A stretch of 64,000 bases of DNA from Peribolospora baueri (Eukaryota): the NCBI GenBank assembly GCA_029717555.1, contig JAMDHS010000025.1, forward strand, positions 62,001-126,000, written 5' to 3'. The notes under the pieces were generated by a model that was not told the origin of the DNA, ran no database searches, and saw only the letters and a program-made list of their open reading frames with translations. The translations under genes and the position numbers were made by a program. Positions 41,444-55,885 of the stretch are shown piece after piece (position 1 is the stretch's first letter; the number at the start of each line of letters is the position of its first letter).

Positions 41444-42146
41444 GGGAGCGCTGGAGTATTTCAAAGGAGCAATAGTGCGACGTGAATACGTAGACGTAGT
41501 TATGTTAAGAAACGCACACCCGGATGATCACCGTCTTCGCAGGCATTAGAGCCGCCGGTAAGCGCGACTGTAATGGCCATTTGTACCTCCTCAAGCTAAT
41601 CTCCGAACAATATTGCCGCCGCCTCGCCGCTTTCATGCCGTCTCCGTCTTCGTCGTCGTCGCCGGCCCGTCGTCACCTTCGTCGCCATCGTCGACCTCAG
41701 CTCGTCTTGAACGTCACGCCCGCTCCTTTCAGGACCTCCTCTCGCCCTCACACCACCTTCCCTTTCTCCCTCGCCTCGCCCACACCGCTCTCCCTCAGCC
41801 CACCCCCTCCTTTCCGCATCAGCGCCGTCGGCCTGCTGGCGCGCATCTACACGCAAACAACACCACCTCCACCACCGCGAGCTGGCGAGCTGGCTCGTCA
41901 CCGGCTCGCTTGTCACTCGCTCGCACAGGGACATCTCAGATATATTCTTCTGGCCCGAGTGTACGGAGTCACTACAGGACGGGGCCAAGATAATCTCGCT
42001 GACCGGCTCACCAGGTCCATTCGCATTCGGGTAGCCAGGAGCGCCCCCGCCTCGAATACCATTCCGTCTCCTCCGTCCTTTTCTGATATATGGCTTGATA
42101 ACCCTCGCTCGCCTCGCTGGTCACGGTCGACCACCTGGAGCCCAAC

Positions 42147-45100
42147 ATGGACATGCCACCTCTCCCCACCTCCTCGCCCTTCGGTGCCATCCCTCCCTAC
42201 ACCCGCGCTCACGCCGCCGCCAGCGTCGCTGATAATCACGTACCCGCCGTCTCCTCGCCCTCTTATAGACCGTCGTCCTTCAGCACACCTCCCGGCTCTT
42301 CTCGGGGCCACTCCGCCTCCCACTCCGCCTCTTCCTCTCATCTTCACTTCATCGCCTCCTTAAGTTCACCACCCGATCCCGGCCCCTCCGTCCACCCCTA
42401 CCATCCCCATCCTCCGCCTCTGCCCCTTGCCATCCCCGTCACCTCCGCCCCTGCTGCCTCTGTCTCTACTCCCACGTACAGACGCCCCTCCTCACCCCCC
42501 GACCTCCGCGACACCATCTCCACTTCCGACCTCCTCAGCCAGATTCTCGCCCAGAGGCTCGTCTCCAAGAACGGAGGAGACACACTCGACCTGTGCCACA
42601 AGAGGATCGAGGACGTCCCCCTGGAGATGGTGGAGATGGTTCGCGACGAGGTCGTGCGGTGAGCACACGCGGGGTGCCCGAGGTGATTTTGGTCCGTCCT
42701 GCTCACCGGCACATGATCTGCTCTGCCCCCGCGGGCCGAACAGACTCGCCATCGGTTACAACCTCGTGTGGCGCTTGCCCGACGAGTTCGCCCAGCTGAC
42801 CAAGCTCAGATACCTGAACATTCGTGCCAACATGATCACTGTCTTCCCCACTGTGGTGAGTGTGTCACAGTCGTACCGTTTTGTGTGCCTAGAGGGCGGT
42901 GACCACTGACCTTCCTTGTTCCACTCGTCCATCGCCCGTCCTCACAGATTACAGAGTTGCCCTCGCTCGAGATTCTCGACATCAGCAGGAACAAGATTAG
43001 GAAGCTCCCCAGCGAGTGTGGCAATCTCGTGAATCTCAGAGTGAGCCCCCCTCCTTCATGCCTCCTCCACACCTGCGCCTGCTCTTCCTCACCGATCACC
43101 CATGCTCTCATCCGTTTTCCTAGGTGCTATCCATTGCCAATAACAAGCTCCGCCGCCTTCCAGTATACATCCCTCAGATGCACAACCTCCGCATCCTCAA
43201 AATCGATCAGAACCCCATTGAGTGGCCTCCCCACGACATCCTCGCCCCCGCCAGCGCCTTTTCCAAGACTCGCGATCCCGCCGGCGGCAAGCATCGGCTG
43301 AATGATAAGAAGATGCAGGAGTGGATCATGAGCTTGAAGGACTGGATTGCCGAGAACGCCGGTGAGTTGGAGAGCTGTTGCCGGCTGTTCGTTGGGAGCC
43401 TGTCGTTCCACGACGCCGAATGTGGTGTTTCTGTGTCTAGTGAATCTCATTCTGGCAATGTCGCTCAACTCCAGGCGAGCGCAAGGTCCACCACAAGTAT
43501 GCGAGGAGCACGCCGGCGGTGCCGGGCACGGAAAGTGACGACGAGCTAATGACCGAGAACGAGCAGTCGTTCGTGACCAGAGGCAGCCTGTCAGCCCCGC
43601 CCTCTCCGCCGTTGCCGACTAGCGAGTCCCTGAACCACCACCGTCCTGGAGGGATGCGGAGGGAGCTCTACATGACAGCCGAGCCGGACGCAAGCCCGCC
43701 TTTCCCCCCTCCCCCCATCAACACGTTGGCCGCTACTGCCGCTCACGACACTCACGACGTACCGCAAGCCCCGGCGTCGGCCCCGCTCTCTCCACCGGAG
43801 CAGATCGCCGACCTGCCCACCATCACTCCTCCGCGCTCCGCTTTCGTTGTCCGGGGCTCCCACGGGCGCAACAAGTCTACGTCCACGCTCAGCAAAGCTT
43901 CGGCCGCTCGTCCGGACCTCAAGTCGAAAAAGTCTCTCCCCGACCTCCGCCAGAGTCACGCGGACATCCTCTCTGATCGACAGGCGAGCCTGCGCGACCG
44001 TGGCCCGGACCTCCCTTTTCCCGCCTCTCCGCAGCTTCCACAGGGTGGAGGTCCCTTGTCGGCGTCGGCGTCGTCGTCGTTGTCGCGGCCGCCCCGGAGG
44101 CCACCCACTCCTCCGCCGGGGGTGCGAAGGGCGCAACACCGTCAGCCATCTTCTTCGTCCATGCCTGACAGGGCCCGACAGAGGAGTTTGTCCGGCTCGA
44201 GTCAGTCGCAGGCGGCCAACGAGGCCGTGCCCGCGGCCGCCGTCGCCACCTCACGGGAAGCGTCCCTCTTACGAGACGACTCGATGGGTACCTCCGATCT
44301 GGAAGCGTCCTTCTCCTCGGATGTGCTCACCGAGACGCCCCGCAAGGAGAAGCCGCTCTTCCGACCGGAGAGGAAGGACAGCTCGGGTCCCGTGGATGTG
44401 GAGCGCAACAGCTATTTCCGAAGACTCTCCACACTTCCACCGTCAACCATCTCCAAGGCGATCCCCGTGCCGGTGCTCAAATTTATCGACGCCACCCGCG
44501 GCGTTCTCTTCGCCCTCTCCCAGATCTACACCGCCCTCAAGCAATACATCCTCCTCGTCACAGACGACAGGGTCACCTCGCTCTTCAACCGCATCCTCGA
44601 CGGCGCAAGTGGCGTCATGGGCACATTCATCAACGCCCTCGACCGCTTCGACTCTCTCTCCCGCCGGGGCACGCCCGAGCCGGACGTCATCCGCGGTGTC
44701 CTGGGCGCGTGTAGGGATAACGTGAGCACGTTCAAAAAGTTGGTGAGCGTGCTCCAGCTGCAGCTCAAGACGCTTGCCGGTAGCGCGGACGTGAGGTATA
44801 CGCGCACCTTACTCCTCATGCTCTACGGCTCCACCGCCGAGATCTCCAACTCATGGCAGGCGATGACCCCGCTGGTCGAAGCCGTCTTGCCTTTCCTCGC
44901 CGTTGCCCGTACCACCCACCCTTCGTCCGCTAGCGCTTCTAACCCTCCTCTGTCCGCTACTCCGACCTCGCACGCTCCTTCCTCTTCTTCGACCCCCAAC
45001 AGTAAGCCCGCGAATTCTCTGCCCTCCATCGCCGAGGGTGCGGGGAATCGATCGGAGAGCGAAGGTCTGGCCGCCGTCGGAGGCCTGAACAGCGCGGCCG

Positions 45101-46225
45101 TGACGGCCACCGCGCAGCGGCTCGCTCGGACCCGACGCAACGCTGGCTCGTTCAGCGTGCAGGACGTCAAGATCGGCGCCTCCTTGCCTCCTTCCGCTGC
45201 CGCCTCTCAGGTTTCCTTCGCCCTCGAAGATCTCCAGTCGCCGCCACACCCGCCACAACACCAACCACAGCCACAACTGCAGTACCAACACCAGCAGGAA
45301 TCGTCCCCCTCCTCTCCCGCCCAAGGTTCGAGCGTCCCACCTTGGATGCCGAACGCGAACGTGAGCGGTCCTGGCCCGGCGACTGCGCCTTCGTCCTCGA
45401 TCTACTCCAGCCCGCCCCGGACGGCGGTGCCGACGAGGAACGGGTCGGACTCGCCTCACGCGCTCATGCCCATCGGCGGTCCTAGCCCCGGCCCCGCCCC
45501 TGGCTCCGGTGCCAGTGCCATGTTGGCTGGCATGGGACTCGGTCCAGGGGCGATCGCGATGGGCCCCGGTCCCGGAAGCGGCGGGTCTCATCTGGTCGTC
45601 GACGACGACCTTCTCAGCTTGGTGGACGAGGCGACGAATGTGGCCTTTGGCGTTTGGAACGCCTTGCTCGACAATCTCGGAAGTGGCGGCGGAGCAGGCG
45701 GCGGTGGGACTGGGGCAGAACCATCGGCCGGGGGCGCGGCCGGGGGAGGAGGAGGAGGAGCGAGCGAAGGTGCGCTGGCGGCGGGGAACAAGAAGCTGCG
45801 GGACCTGCGAGAGCTGAGCATGAGCGCGAGCGACTTGACCAGACGCCTTCAGAGCACGCTCGTCAAGGTGCGAGGTCAAATTGAGGAGGGGATGGGGATG
45901 GTGGCGAGGTCTCATGGCGGCTCGCGCGGATTCGCCAATGCCGAGCTCAAGCGCCTTTGGGACGAGGTGAACGCTTTCGCAAAGGTGAGTGGCCGGTACC
46001 GGGGAGTCGCAGTCATGGTCTGTGCTCTATTGTCGGCCCGCAATTCGCTCACTTCCCTCCCCTCCCTTATTTGTCCCTCTTTCAAAGGTCGTCATCCAAA
46101 TCTCCACCCTGGTCAAATCCGTCGCCCTCGAGCACTCCTTCCCCCGTCCCCTGCTCCACTTGCTCGGCGACTTGACGTCGAAGACGGCAGAGGTGACCGT
46201 CATCATGTACGCTAGCATTAATTGA
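42147..46225 (+). CDS. SOG2: RAM signalling network leucine-rich-repeat protein
   Basis: N-terminal LRRs (TLDLCHKRIEDVP, LRYLNIRAN, LEILDISRNKI, LKIDQNPIEWPP) followed by SOG2-domain motifs RNSYFRRLSTLP, RGVLFALSQIY, DVRYTRTLLLMLYGSTAEISNSW. Confidence 0.9.
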
Positions 46226-46399
46226 GGGCGTAACGACGAACGGTGCTGCCGTTTTGTGTGACCCAAGTCTTACGACCAGGACCAGGGACGACCGACTATC
46301 GTGTCATTTTCAGACGCACGGTCCGCCGAAATGTTAGGGTCGTTTCCTTGGGTGTATGATTTATGACCCTTTTTGTCCCGTGTTTCCTCGGTCGACAGG

Positions 46400-47874
46400 A
46401 CCGCGCGTAAGGGTTGGCACCACGTCGCCTCTTTGCCCCTCGGGCATCTCCATTTGTTCTTGGCCTCTCTGTCCTACGACCTCAACATCGTCCGCGTCGT
46501 CCCTCAAGGTCGTTCACGCTACATTAAGTTGGTTGGGCAGACTCAGACTCCGTTCAACCCTCGCGACCCACGTTTTGGCCCTGTCATGGTCATTTCGGAA
46601 GCCCTTAGGGAACATTTCCCAGCTCCCGTAACCTCGACATCGGTACTCGACCCTCCACACTGGGCCGCTCGGCAAAGGACCGTACCGCCAGGATGATTTC
46701 CGTCGCCCCTCCGTCGGGTGCCCTCGAACGCCGAAAAGGCCACGACTATGAGCTCGCGTTTCATCGATGCCATTCTAACGCCGGTACGGGGGAGGCCGTA
46801 GCACAGGCAGAAGAAACTCGACGAGGAGGAACAAGAGGACGAGGATCGGCATCAAGACGGCGAGGACAAGGAACGATGGCAGTCTCGGATCGGGAGGCTA
46901 GAAACGGGTGGTAGACAGGCGAAAGGGTGTTCCCTTCGGGTACAGTGCGAGGTAACTTTTACATGGATCACCAGTTTCTCCACGCGTGGTCTCACTCTTT
47001 TGGCTTTGTTTGGTGCGTTTGTCTCTCGCAGGTGCGCGGCGACGATTTATCGAAGGTCCACGTCTACATACAGCATTCGCACATCGATCCTCCCGTTTTC
47101 TGGAAGCTTGACATGGCTGCCCCGCTCATTCGGTAGCCATTCGACTTTCCCGTTTCCTTTCTTTCGGTCCAGGATTTCTTTGGGTAACCATTGCAAGGCT
47201 TTTTCTTCCCCAGCTACGCCAAAACCGAAGGTTTACGGGGTACGCGGGCGGCGCAGGTCGTTGAGGGCCTGCGGGGGCAGTTCCAGGACCTTCTCGAAGG
47301 GGCCGACTTGGCGGTACAACACGGGAGTATTTCCGCAGGGAACAAGACCCTAATCGAAGGCCGGAGGTATGTCCTTCCTCTGATTAAGACCGGTCGTCTG
47401 ACTTGCTGAAGCATCATATTCTATTCTTATTAGACGCCCCGAGCCAGACAAGGCACGTTCCCTGGTGGCCAACATCCGGCGTATTCACAGACGCGGCGTG
47501 GAGGCCGAGAGAGAGACGCACCAAACAAAGCCAAAAGAGTGAGACCACGCGTGGAGAAACTGGTGATCCATGTGAAACAGTTACCTCGCAGTGTACCCGG
47601 AAGGGGACACCCTTTCGCCTGTCTGCCACCCATTTCTGGCCTCCCGATGGACCACTCTCGCGAGTCGGCAATCCAACGTTTCAACAACGGCCGGAATGAC
47701 CGTCTTCGTGCCGCCGGGCTCAACACCGGCAGTCCGCAGAGCGGTGCCCAAGCCCCGTTCAGTCACCATAGCGATGGGCGGGTCAATGGCACGACTCCGC
47801 CTAATCGAGTCAAGACCGAGGCCGACGGCCGGGGTCCGGGCGTCCAAGAAGAATGTCCAGCACCTCCGCCCTAG
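46400..47874 (+). other. Possible orphan intron-containing gene or gene relic
   Basis: In-frame exon chain joined by GT-AG introns (e.g. 46952-47031; ~47368-47433): ..KKLDEEEQEDEDRHQ..|VRGDDLSKVHVYIQHSHIDPPVFWKLD..|YAKTEGLRG... No recognisable family. Confidence 0.3.
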
Positions 47875-47960
47875 CTGGGACGCCGACCTTAATGGCCTGT
47901 AGGTTATGGCGCATTGAGATCTTGTGCTTGTGCCTGGACCCGCCCTTGGAAGACGGCACG

Positions 47961-48284
47961 CATCGGCCATGAGATCCACCCCACTCAGAAGTCCCGCCCG
48001 ACGATCTGCCAGTGTTACCGCTGCTGCGGGTTTGACCATACGGCCGCTCACTGTGCGAATGCCCCCCGCTACGCTCGATGCGCATCAACTACCCATACCC
48101 TCCGCGAGTGCTCTTGTCCCGAGGGGCAGAGGTGCCAACCGGACTGCTCGCACGCGCAGGTATCCTGTGAGCGCAGCGGGGGGCGTTCGCGCAGTGAGCG
48201 GCCGTATGGTCAAACCCGCAGCAGCGGTAACACTGGCGGATCGTCGGGCGGGACTTCTGTGTGGGGTGGATCTCATGGCCGATG
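47961..48284. repeat. 116-bp inverted repeat with 92-bp spacer
   Basis: 47961-48076 is the reverse complement of 48169-48284 with 5 mismatches. Confidence 0.95.
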
Positions 48285-49440
48285 GCGACGTGTTGCTGGA
48301 TGGCCCGGTCGGCAGCTTCTTTACTACCCATAAGCACGACCAGGCTAGATCTAGGCCTAGGGTTGGGGCCGGTGGCACGGGAGGCGATGGCCCACCGGGC
48401 ACGTACAGCATCCTCCCGAAGGAGCCCGTTGTCCGCGGCCAGATAGCCCAGGCACTCGGGGTCATCAGGGGCGAACGTGGTTGGAACGCCGTGCACGATG
48501 ACCGGGTACAGACGGGCCTTAAAGCGCAACCCCTCGTGCAAAGCGCCCACCCAAGAGCGGTCGGACGAGGGACGTGTCACTGCCGCGTCCGACAAGAGGT
48601 GAACAACAATCTCCTTGGACCTGGGTCGAACGGAGGCGGCCTTGATCTTAACGTCTTCTCCTGCCAATTCCTTCACCGCTGCACGAATACGATTGCAGAG
48701 GATCGTCGACGGGAGGTCAACCAGAACTGGGGCATTGGGCTGGAGTTGAGCTAGCGTTACCGAGAACTGGGTAACCGGGGACCGGGGTTCAGACGTCGCT
48801 GTGGTGGCCGTATGCGATGTTGCCTTGCGTTGGACGACGCGCCAGCGAGAGGGGTGACGTTGCTGAGAGGATAGCCCGGAGGATCCAGCGCCGCTGGCCA
48901 GGTCGGTCGGCATGCTCTGAGTCCTGGCATCGATGTTGAAGACGGTGTTTTGGACTTGACACAGGCGTTCGTCGAGCTTGTCGAGCTTTCTGCATGTACG
49001 TGCGGAGGTCGGACTGAATGTCGAATGTCCGATCCGCCGTCGCCTTGTGGGCAGCGTCAACTTTGGCCATCTGGCCGGCAAGGAGAAGGAGGTCCTGGAA
49101 GACAGTCGCATCGACGGTGATCTTGTTTTTAAGTTTTCTGGCACGATCCGCCTGTGGTCCCGCAATATTCTTCAGGGAGAGGATCAACTCGGGGTGGTCG
49201 CTCTTGATGCGCGTGACTGCGCGGTAACCTGCGTGACTTGGCCCGTCGTAGCAACCGCCTCCGGGCGGGCCGGAGCGGGCACTCGAGGAGGCCTTGGGTG
49301 GCATCCAATAGGAGCGTCAGGGGAGCCAAAAGAGGGGAAAGACGACACACAGCTTATGGTGAGGGTCAAGCAGATGTTGGTCGCTCCGTTCGCGGCACGG
49401 GAAGAAAACGCGCTGTGGACTAAACGTTGCCGCAGCCCGA
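47961..49440 (-). mobile_element. Decayed non-LTR (LINE, Tad-like) retrotransposon ORF1/gag fragment with frameshift and inverted duplication
   Basis: MPPKASSS.. from 49304, frameshift near 48985, then PVIVHGVPTTF..RW..SSLVV..A and zinc knuckles CYRCCGFDHTAAHC / CARCASTTHTLREC-like. No RT or endonuclease ORF is visible. Confidence 0.8.
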
Positions 49441-49513
49441 TCCTTGCTGCCGCAGCCACTAATTCCAAACCGACGCGCGCTTGTTTGTTTCCTTTCCTTG
49501 TCGACCACCTAGC

Positions 49514-51340
<1,827 letters not shown>

Positions 51341-52794
51341 GTTGCCGGCTGGCTGGCTGCCGCGAGCGAGCGGGCGGGCGTCGTTACGATCCGCGGCTGT
51401 GGTACGAGATGGTCCGATTGCGCCAGGAGATGACGGGGAATGGCCAGGCCAAGCGAAGTGAGCGGACGAGGGAAACGAATGAGGGACACGATTTGGTCGG
51501 TCGAGTTGGATGGTTCGCAGAAGCGTTGGCTTGGTCCGCCTCGTTCACCAGCGCATCTCTGTCGTCGTGGCCCGTCTCATGCGCGCACGAACGAGGGGAG
51601 ATTCGACGAAAGTCGTGAGTCGCGGTCACACGTCGAGATGCGAACACTTGGTCTTTCTCAGCCTCTCCTTTTCCTCTTTTCTCGCTTCTTCCTTTCCTCC
51701 CTTTTCCTTTTTTTCTCTCTTTTGTTCGTCCATTGCACACGTCCTCGCCGTCCCTCCTCGCCGTCCCTCGTCCTCTCGTCTGCATGACCACTCGTCAAAC
51801 AGATGGAATGGGATCGCCCATCCCTTCTTCCGTCAGCGGATGTTCACCATGAGCCGCTGTCTGGTTGGTTTCCCGGCGCGGAAGGTGCAGGCGCCGGTAG
51901 ACACGACTCGCCTCCTCTTCCCGAGCTTTTGACTTTGGCGGGGAGCGCGCGCTCGAATTGAGTCTGGTAAAAAGGGGATGACGGTAGGCGTTTCCCCTAT
52001 CCGAATCCTCTCCATCTCCACGTCCCTCTGATCAATATATTTAGAGGTACATAGTAGATAGACGCCCGCGTTCTTCCCTCTTTTTCACCGGATAACAGCT
52101 TTCCGGCGTCTGTTCCGGTGGCGTTGTTTTATGTATGTACTCTAAGCCCGCGCTTGTGAAATGACGCGGGGAAGACGCTCGTGGGTCATCATCACGAATC
52201 GTGCACACAGAACAAAGAGATGTGTAAGAATGTTTCCGCGGTTCTCATGGTGGAGCGAGCCCTTTCCTTTTCCCCGTTGCGTTCGACTCCTTCCGCTCCG
52301 AGTCGTTCGTTTCAAGGCCGCTCGCTAGTCAGCGATCCTTCGTCTTCCTGTCCTTGCCGGCAAGGTCGGAGGACGATCATCTAGCCGAGGAGACGTTTCT
52401 CATTAAAACAGCTTTCCGAACCACGAAAACTAAGCTACTCCAAGACTGCCTTGTCTATTATCAAAACGAGCACAAAGCAAAGCACCGAAGCATTCGCAAC
52501 GAAACTGCATCCAAAAAAACGAGGCGAGAAAGATGAAGTGAACCGAACCGAACCGAACCGAACGAGACTGAGGAAAGAGACACCCCCCCCGGGGAAGCTG
52601 CGCGTGGAAAGCCCAATCCTCACAGGCGGGGCGAGGCGGGGCGGGAAGAGACCAAGTCGAGCGCGGATGTATACTCCCCTCTTCCCCATCCATCGCCCGT
52701 TCCCCTCCCTTCTCCGTCGTAGATCGCCGTCCAGCGGCAGGGTCGGCCCGTGCTCGGAGACAGCGCCGGCCTACGTTTGCAAGGGCCGCCTACA

Positions 52795-55245
52795 TCATTT
52801 CTTCGCCTCCCTCCCGCCGCTTTCTGTCCCTCCTTCCCCTTCCCGCTCCGGGGGCAAGTCCAACAAATGCCCCATCTTCTCCACTTTGGTTCTCAAATAC
52901 TTTTCCAGCTCCGGGCCCCTCGTGACGCTGCCTCCGAGCATCGTTGCACCGGCGCGTCGGAGGAGGTGTGAGATGTAGGAGGTGTGAGAGGCTGAGGAAG
53001 AGTCGCTCTCGAAGGAAGAAGAGGCGGAGTCGGAGCCAGAATCGGAATAGGAATCGGACGAGCCCGGTGCGGTGATGGCAGAGACATGCGCACCGTCCTC
53101 TTCGTCCTCGTCTTCTGAGCCTTGTTGACTCTGGACAGAGACGGGGGTGGACTCGTCTTGCCGCAGAAGCTCGTCGAGGAGACGGTTCTTGGATGTGGAG
53201 GACTGGAGTCTGTTTGACCGGTCGCGATGGCGGTGGTGGCCAGGGGAAACAGAAGAAGAGGAGAGCTCCTCGGCGCTGTTGACCATCCCATTGTCGACCA
53301 TGCCCTTCTTGCGTCTGCCCTCCTTCCTGCCTTCCGCAGCTTCTTCCTCCGCTTTGCTCCTCCTTCGCTCTTTCTTCTCCTTCCTCACCTTCTTCTTCTT
53401 CTTCTTCTTCCTCTCGCCAGAGTGGTGCACGCCGCACCTCCAGGCCCTTGGCACCATCCCGACCCTTTGTCTGACTACGACGCCCTCGCTCTCCAACGCC
53501 TCCATCTTCTCCGGGTTATTCGTCAAAAGCCTACACTCCTCCACGCCGAGATCACGGAGGATCTCGGCGGCGACGTCGTACCGACGCGCGTCTGGAAGGT
53601 GGCCAAGGAGGATGTTGGCGGCGACGGTGTCATGGCCCATGTCCTGGAGGTTGTAGGCCATGATCTTGTCTAGGAGGCCTATGCCACGACCTTCTTGACG
53701 GAGATAAACGACCACACCTCGAGGGAAGTGACGACGGGACGACGAAGATGAAGACGAAGGGGGAGGCGTGCTGATGAGACGGATCGCCTCGTCGAGCTGC
53801 TCCCCACAATCGCATCGCTGGGATCCGATCGTCTCGCCGGTGTAGCACTCGGAATGAATGCGCACGAGCGGAGCTGGCGGCCCTTCCTCTTTTTCGTCCT
53901 CCATGGCATGGTGGGAGGAAGACGGCGCCTGCGGCTTGGAAGCACTGATGCTGTTCGGACCGAGCCTGCCGACGTAAGCGCCCCTTACAATCCTTTCCAT
54001 CTCCGTCTCTCCCTCCCACACCTCGTCGAGTGTCTTGCTCCTCAACAGCGCGTGCCGCTTGCCCACCGCGTCCCCGTTCGCTCTCCCTTGACCTTCACCT
54101 CCATTCTCGACGATAGCTTGGGCGGGGTCGACGACGAGCGCGAGGTGCTCCTTGTCGTCGCGGTTGTTCTTGTAGATATGCAGGAAAACCTCGCCGTGCG
54201 GGGTTGGGATCCGCGTCCGTGCATGACAGCGCACCTTCAAAGGCTCCGCAGGTTCCCTTCCTCTCGCCGCCGCCTTGGCTCGAGCGGCGGTCGCGGCGGG
54301 AGTGGGAGGTAGCACATGAGGGCTGATAGGTGTACTCGGTCCGCCGCCGCCATCGGCCAGCGCGCGATCAGGTTGCGCGGCTGAGCGTCCCAGGGATGCG
54401 TACATCTTGGCGAGCGCGGCCTCCCTTTCCCTGTCAAATGCGATGCGCTCCTTCCGTCTCTTCTCCTCGTCCTCCTTCCTAAGCTCCTCCTGCTGCGCGC
54501 GCTTAGCCGCCTCGGCACGAAGGCGCTCGTAATACTCCCTTTCCTCCTTCTCGCGCTGCAGACGGATGTGCCGAGGTGCCTGACGAGACGCATACAGCTC
54601 GCGCGGCTGCGTCACGGTCGGTGCGGTGGACAGACCAAGCAAGTCGCCGGAGGGGCCTCGGCCGCGGCCGTCGAGCTGAGAAGGGAGGGCCGCTGTGAGC
54701 TCCGGCTGGGCAGGATGCTCAGAATCGCAAGAGGAGTAGGCCGACTGGTGCGAATACCGTCGTTTCTCTGTCACCGCCGCTGCCGGCCGCTGCTCCGCGG
54801 GCAGAGGGCCGGTGGTAGCAGGCGGTGGCGGCAGAGGGGGGAGGACGACATCGACGGTCGGTCTGGCGCCGCCCTCTCCGCCGGCGCCACCTCCAAACTG
54901 GTGATGAAAATGGTGCCGAGTGACGTGGGGGCCGGAGCTGAGGCTGGCAGCCAGGACGATTGGGTCGAGGGGAGGTCGTCTGAGCGCGGAGAGCGTTGCG
55001 AGCGGGCGGCTCTTGCGTCGGGCCTGCTGGGATTGACGGGTGTGCGAAAGGGGAGACATGAGGGGCGAGGGGTGAAGATGGAGATGGGGTCCGGAAGCGG
55101 GCGAAGGGTGTGAGTGAGGGAATGTGGACGGCATGGAGCAGAGGAGGTCGAGGAGCTCGAGGTCCGATGCGGTGGGTTGGGAATGGTGGTGGCCATGAGG
55201 AGTGCCGGCCTGGGCTGGGCGGGATGCGAAGGCGGCGGAGGACAT
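52795..55245 (-). CDS. RIB1: GTP cyclohydrolase II, single-exon, with long N-terminal extension and insertions
   Basis: [79 protein letters not shown] within an 816-aa ORF. Confidence 0.93.
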   Translation of the reverse strand: MSSAAFASRPAQAGTPHGHHHSQPTASDLELLDLLCSMPSTFPHSHPSPASGPHLHLHPSPLMSPLSHTRQSQQARRKSRPLATLSALRRPPLDPIVLAASLSSGPHVTRHHFHHQFGGGAGGEGGARPTVDVVLPPLPPPPATTGPLPAEQRPAAAVTEKRRYSHQSAYSSCDSEHPAQPELTAALPSQLDGRGRGPSGDLLGLSTAPTVTQPRELYASRQAPRHIRLQREKEEREYYERLRAEAAKRAQQEELRKEDEEKRRKERIAFDREREAALAKMYASLGRSAAQPDRALADGGGGPSTPISPHVLPPTPAATAARAKAAARGREPAEPLKVRCHARTRIPTPHGEVFLHIYKNNRDDKEHLALVVDPAQAIVENGGEGQGRANGDAVGKRHALLRSKTLDEVWEGETEMERIVRGAYVGRLGPNSISASKPQAPSSSHHAMEDEKEEGPPAPLVRIHSECYTGETIGSQRCDCGEQLDEAIRLISTPPPSSSSSSSRRHFPRGVVVYLRQEGRGIGLLDKIMAYNLQDMGHDTVAANILLGHLPDARRYDVAAEILRDLGVEECRLLTNNPEKMEALESEGVVVRQRVGMVPRAWRCGVHHSGERKKKKKKKVRKEKKERRRSKAEEEAAEGRKEGRRKKGMVDNGMVNSAEELSSSSVSPGHHRHRDRSNRLQSSTSKNRLLDELLRQDESTPVSVQSQQGSEDEDEEDGAHVSAITAPGSSDSYSDSGSDSASSSFESDSSSASHTSYISHLLRRAGATMLGGSVTRGPELEKYLRTKVEKMGHLLDLPPEREGEGGTESGGREAKK

Positions 55246-55319
55246 GGTGTGGGGTGTGGGGGATGGAGGGAGTGGAAGGAGGGCAGCAAGCTGGCGGGGT
55301 CTGTTGAGGTTGTGGACGA

Positions 55320-55391
55320 CGTATATAAGGATATCCGACCTGATCTGACCTGGCTTGACCTCACCGGACCTGACCCGGCCTGACTGGACCT
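55320..55391 (-). promoter_or_regulatory. TATA-like element and degenerate GACCT/AGGTC pentamer array upstream of RIB1
   Basis: TATATAAG at 55322-55329, about 80 bp upstream of the RIB1 ATG, flanked by about 10 degenerate GACCT units at 55337-55391. Confidence 0.35.
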
Positions 55392-55885
55392 CGGCAGGCG
55401 GGGCGACGTCGTGTGGCCGGAGACGTGCGGAGGAGCTGCGGCAAGAAGACTCGATGGCTCTCGGCGCTTTGCCGGGCCGGTGCGAGGTGGTGAGACGTGG
55501 AGGAGACGTAAAGGATGGCGAAGAGGAGAGCGAGGTGACGACGACGACGACGACGACGGCGACGACTATGACAACGAGCAGGTCCTGAAGAAGGAGAGCT
55601 TCGTCGCTGCTCTCGACTTCATCCGCTCTTGATTCCTCCCTTCCATGTCCTTCCTTCCCTCCGCCTCGCTCTCTCCTTCTCGGCCGAACACCCGGCCGCC
55701 CGGGATGGTGGAAGCAGGTTGCCGCAGCACGGGACGATCACGTGCGAGATCGTGACGACCGCAGTCATTTCAGAAAGAAACCCAGTCCGCGCGGGGGACG
55801 GACGGGAAGGGGGAGGAGGGAAGGGAAGGGAGGTATAGAGAGAATCAGCGAAGACGGCCGCGTCCATCCCATCTCCACACCGAAC

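Noticed and set aside
44851..45915. Long antisense ORFs (e.g. 354 aa opposite SOG2; others opposite RIB1 and ACO2)
   Set aside because: Expected shadow ORFs in GC-rich coding DNA; no recognisable motifs.
52540..52563. (GAACC)n tract, also at ~58303
   Set aside because: Simple pentanucleotide microsatellite.
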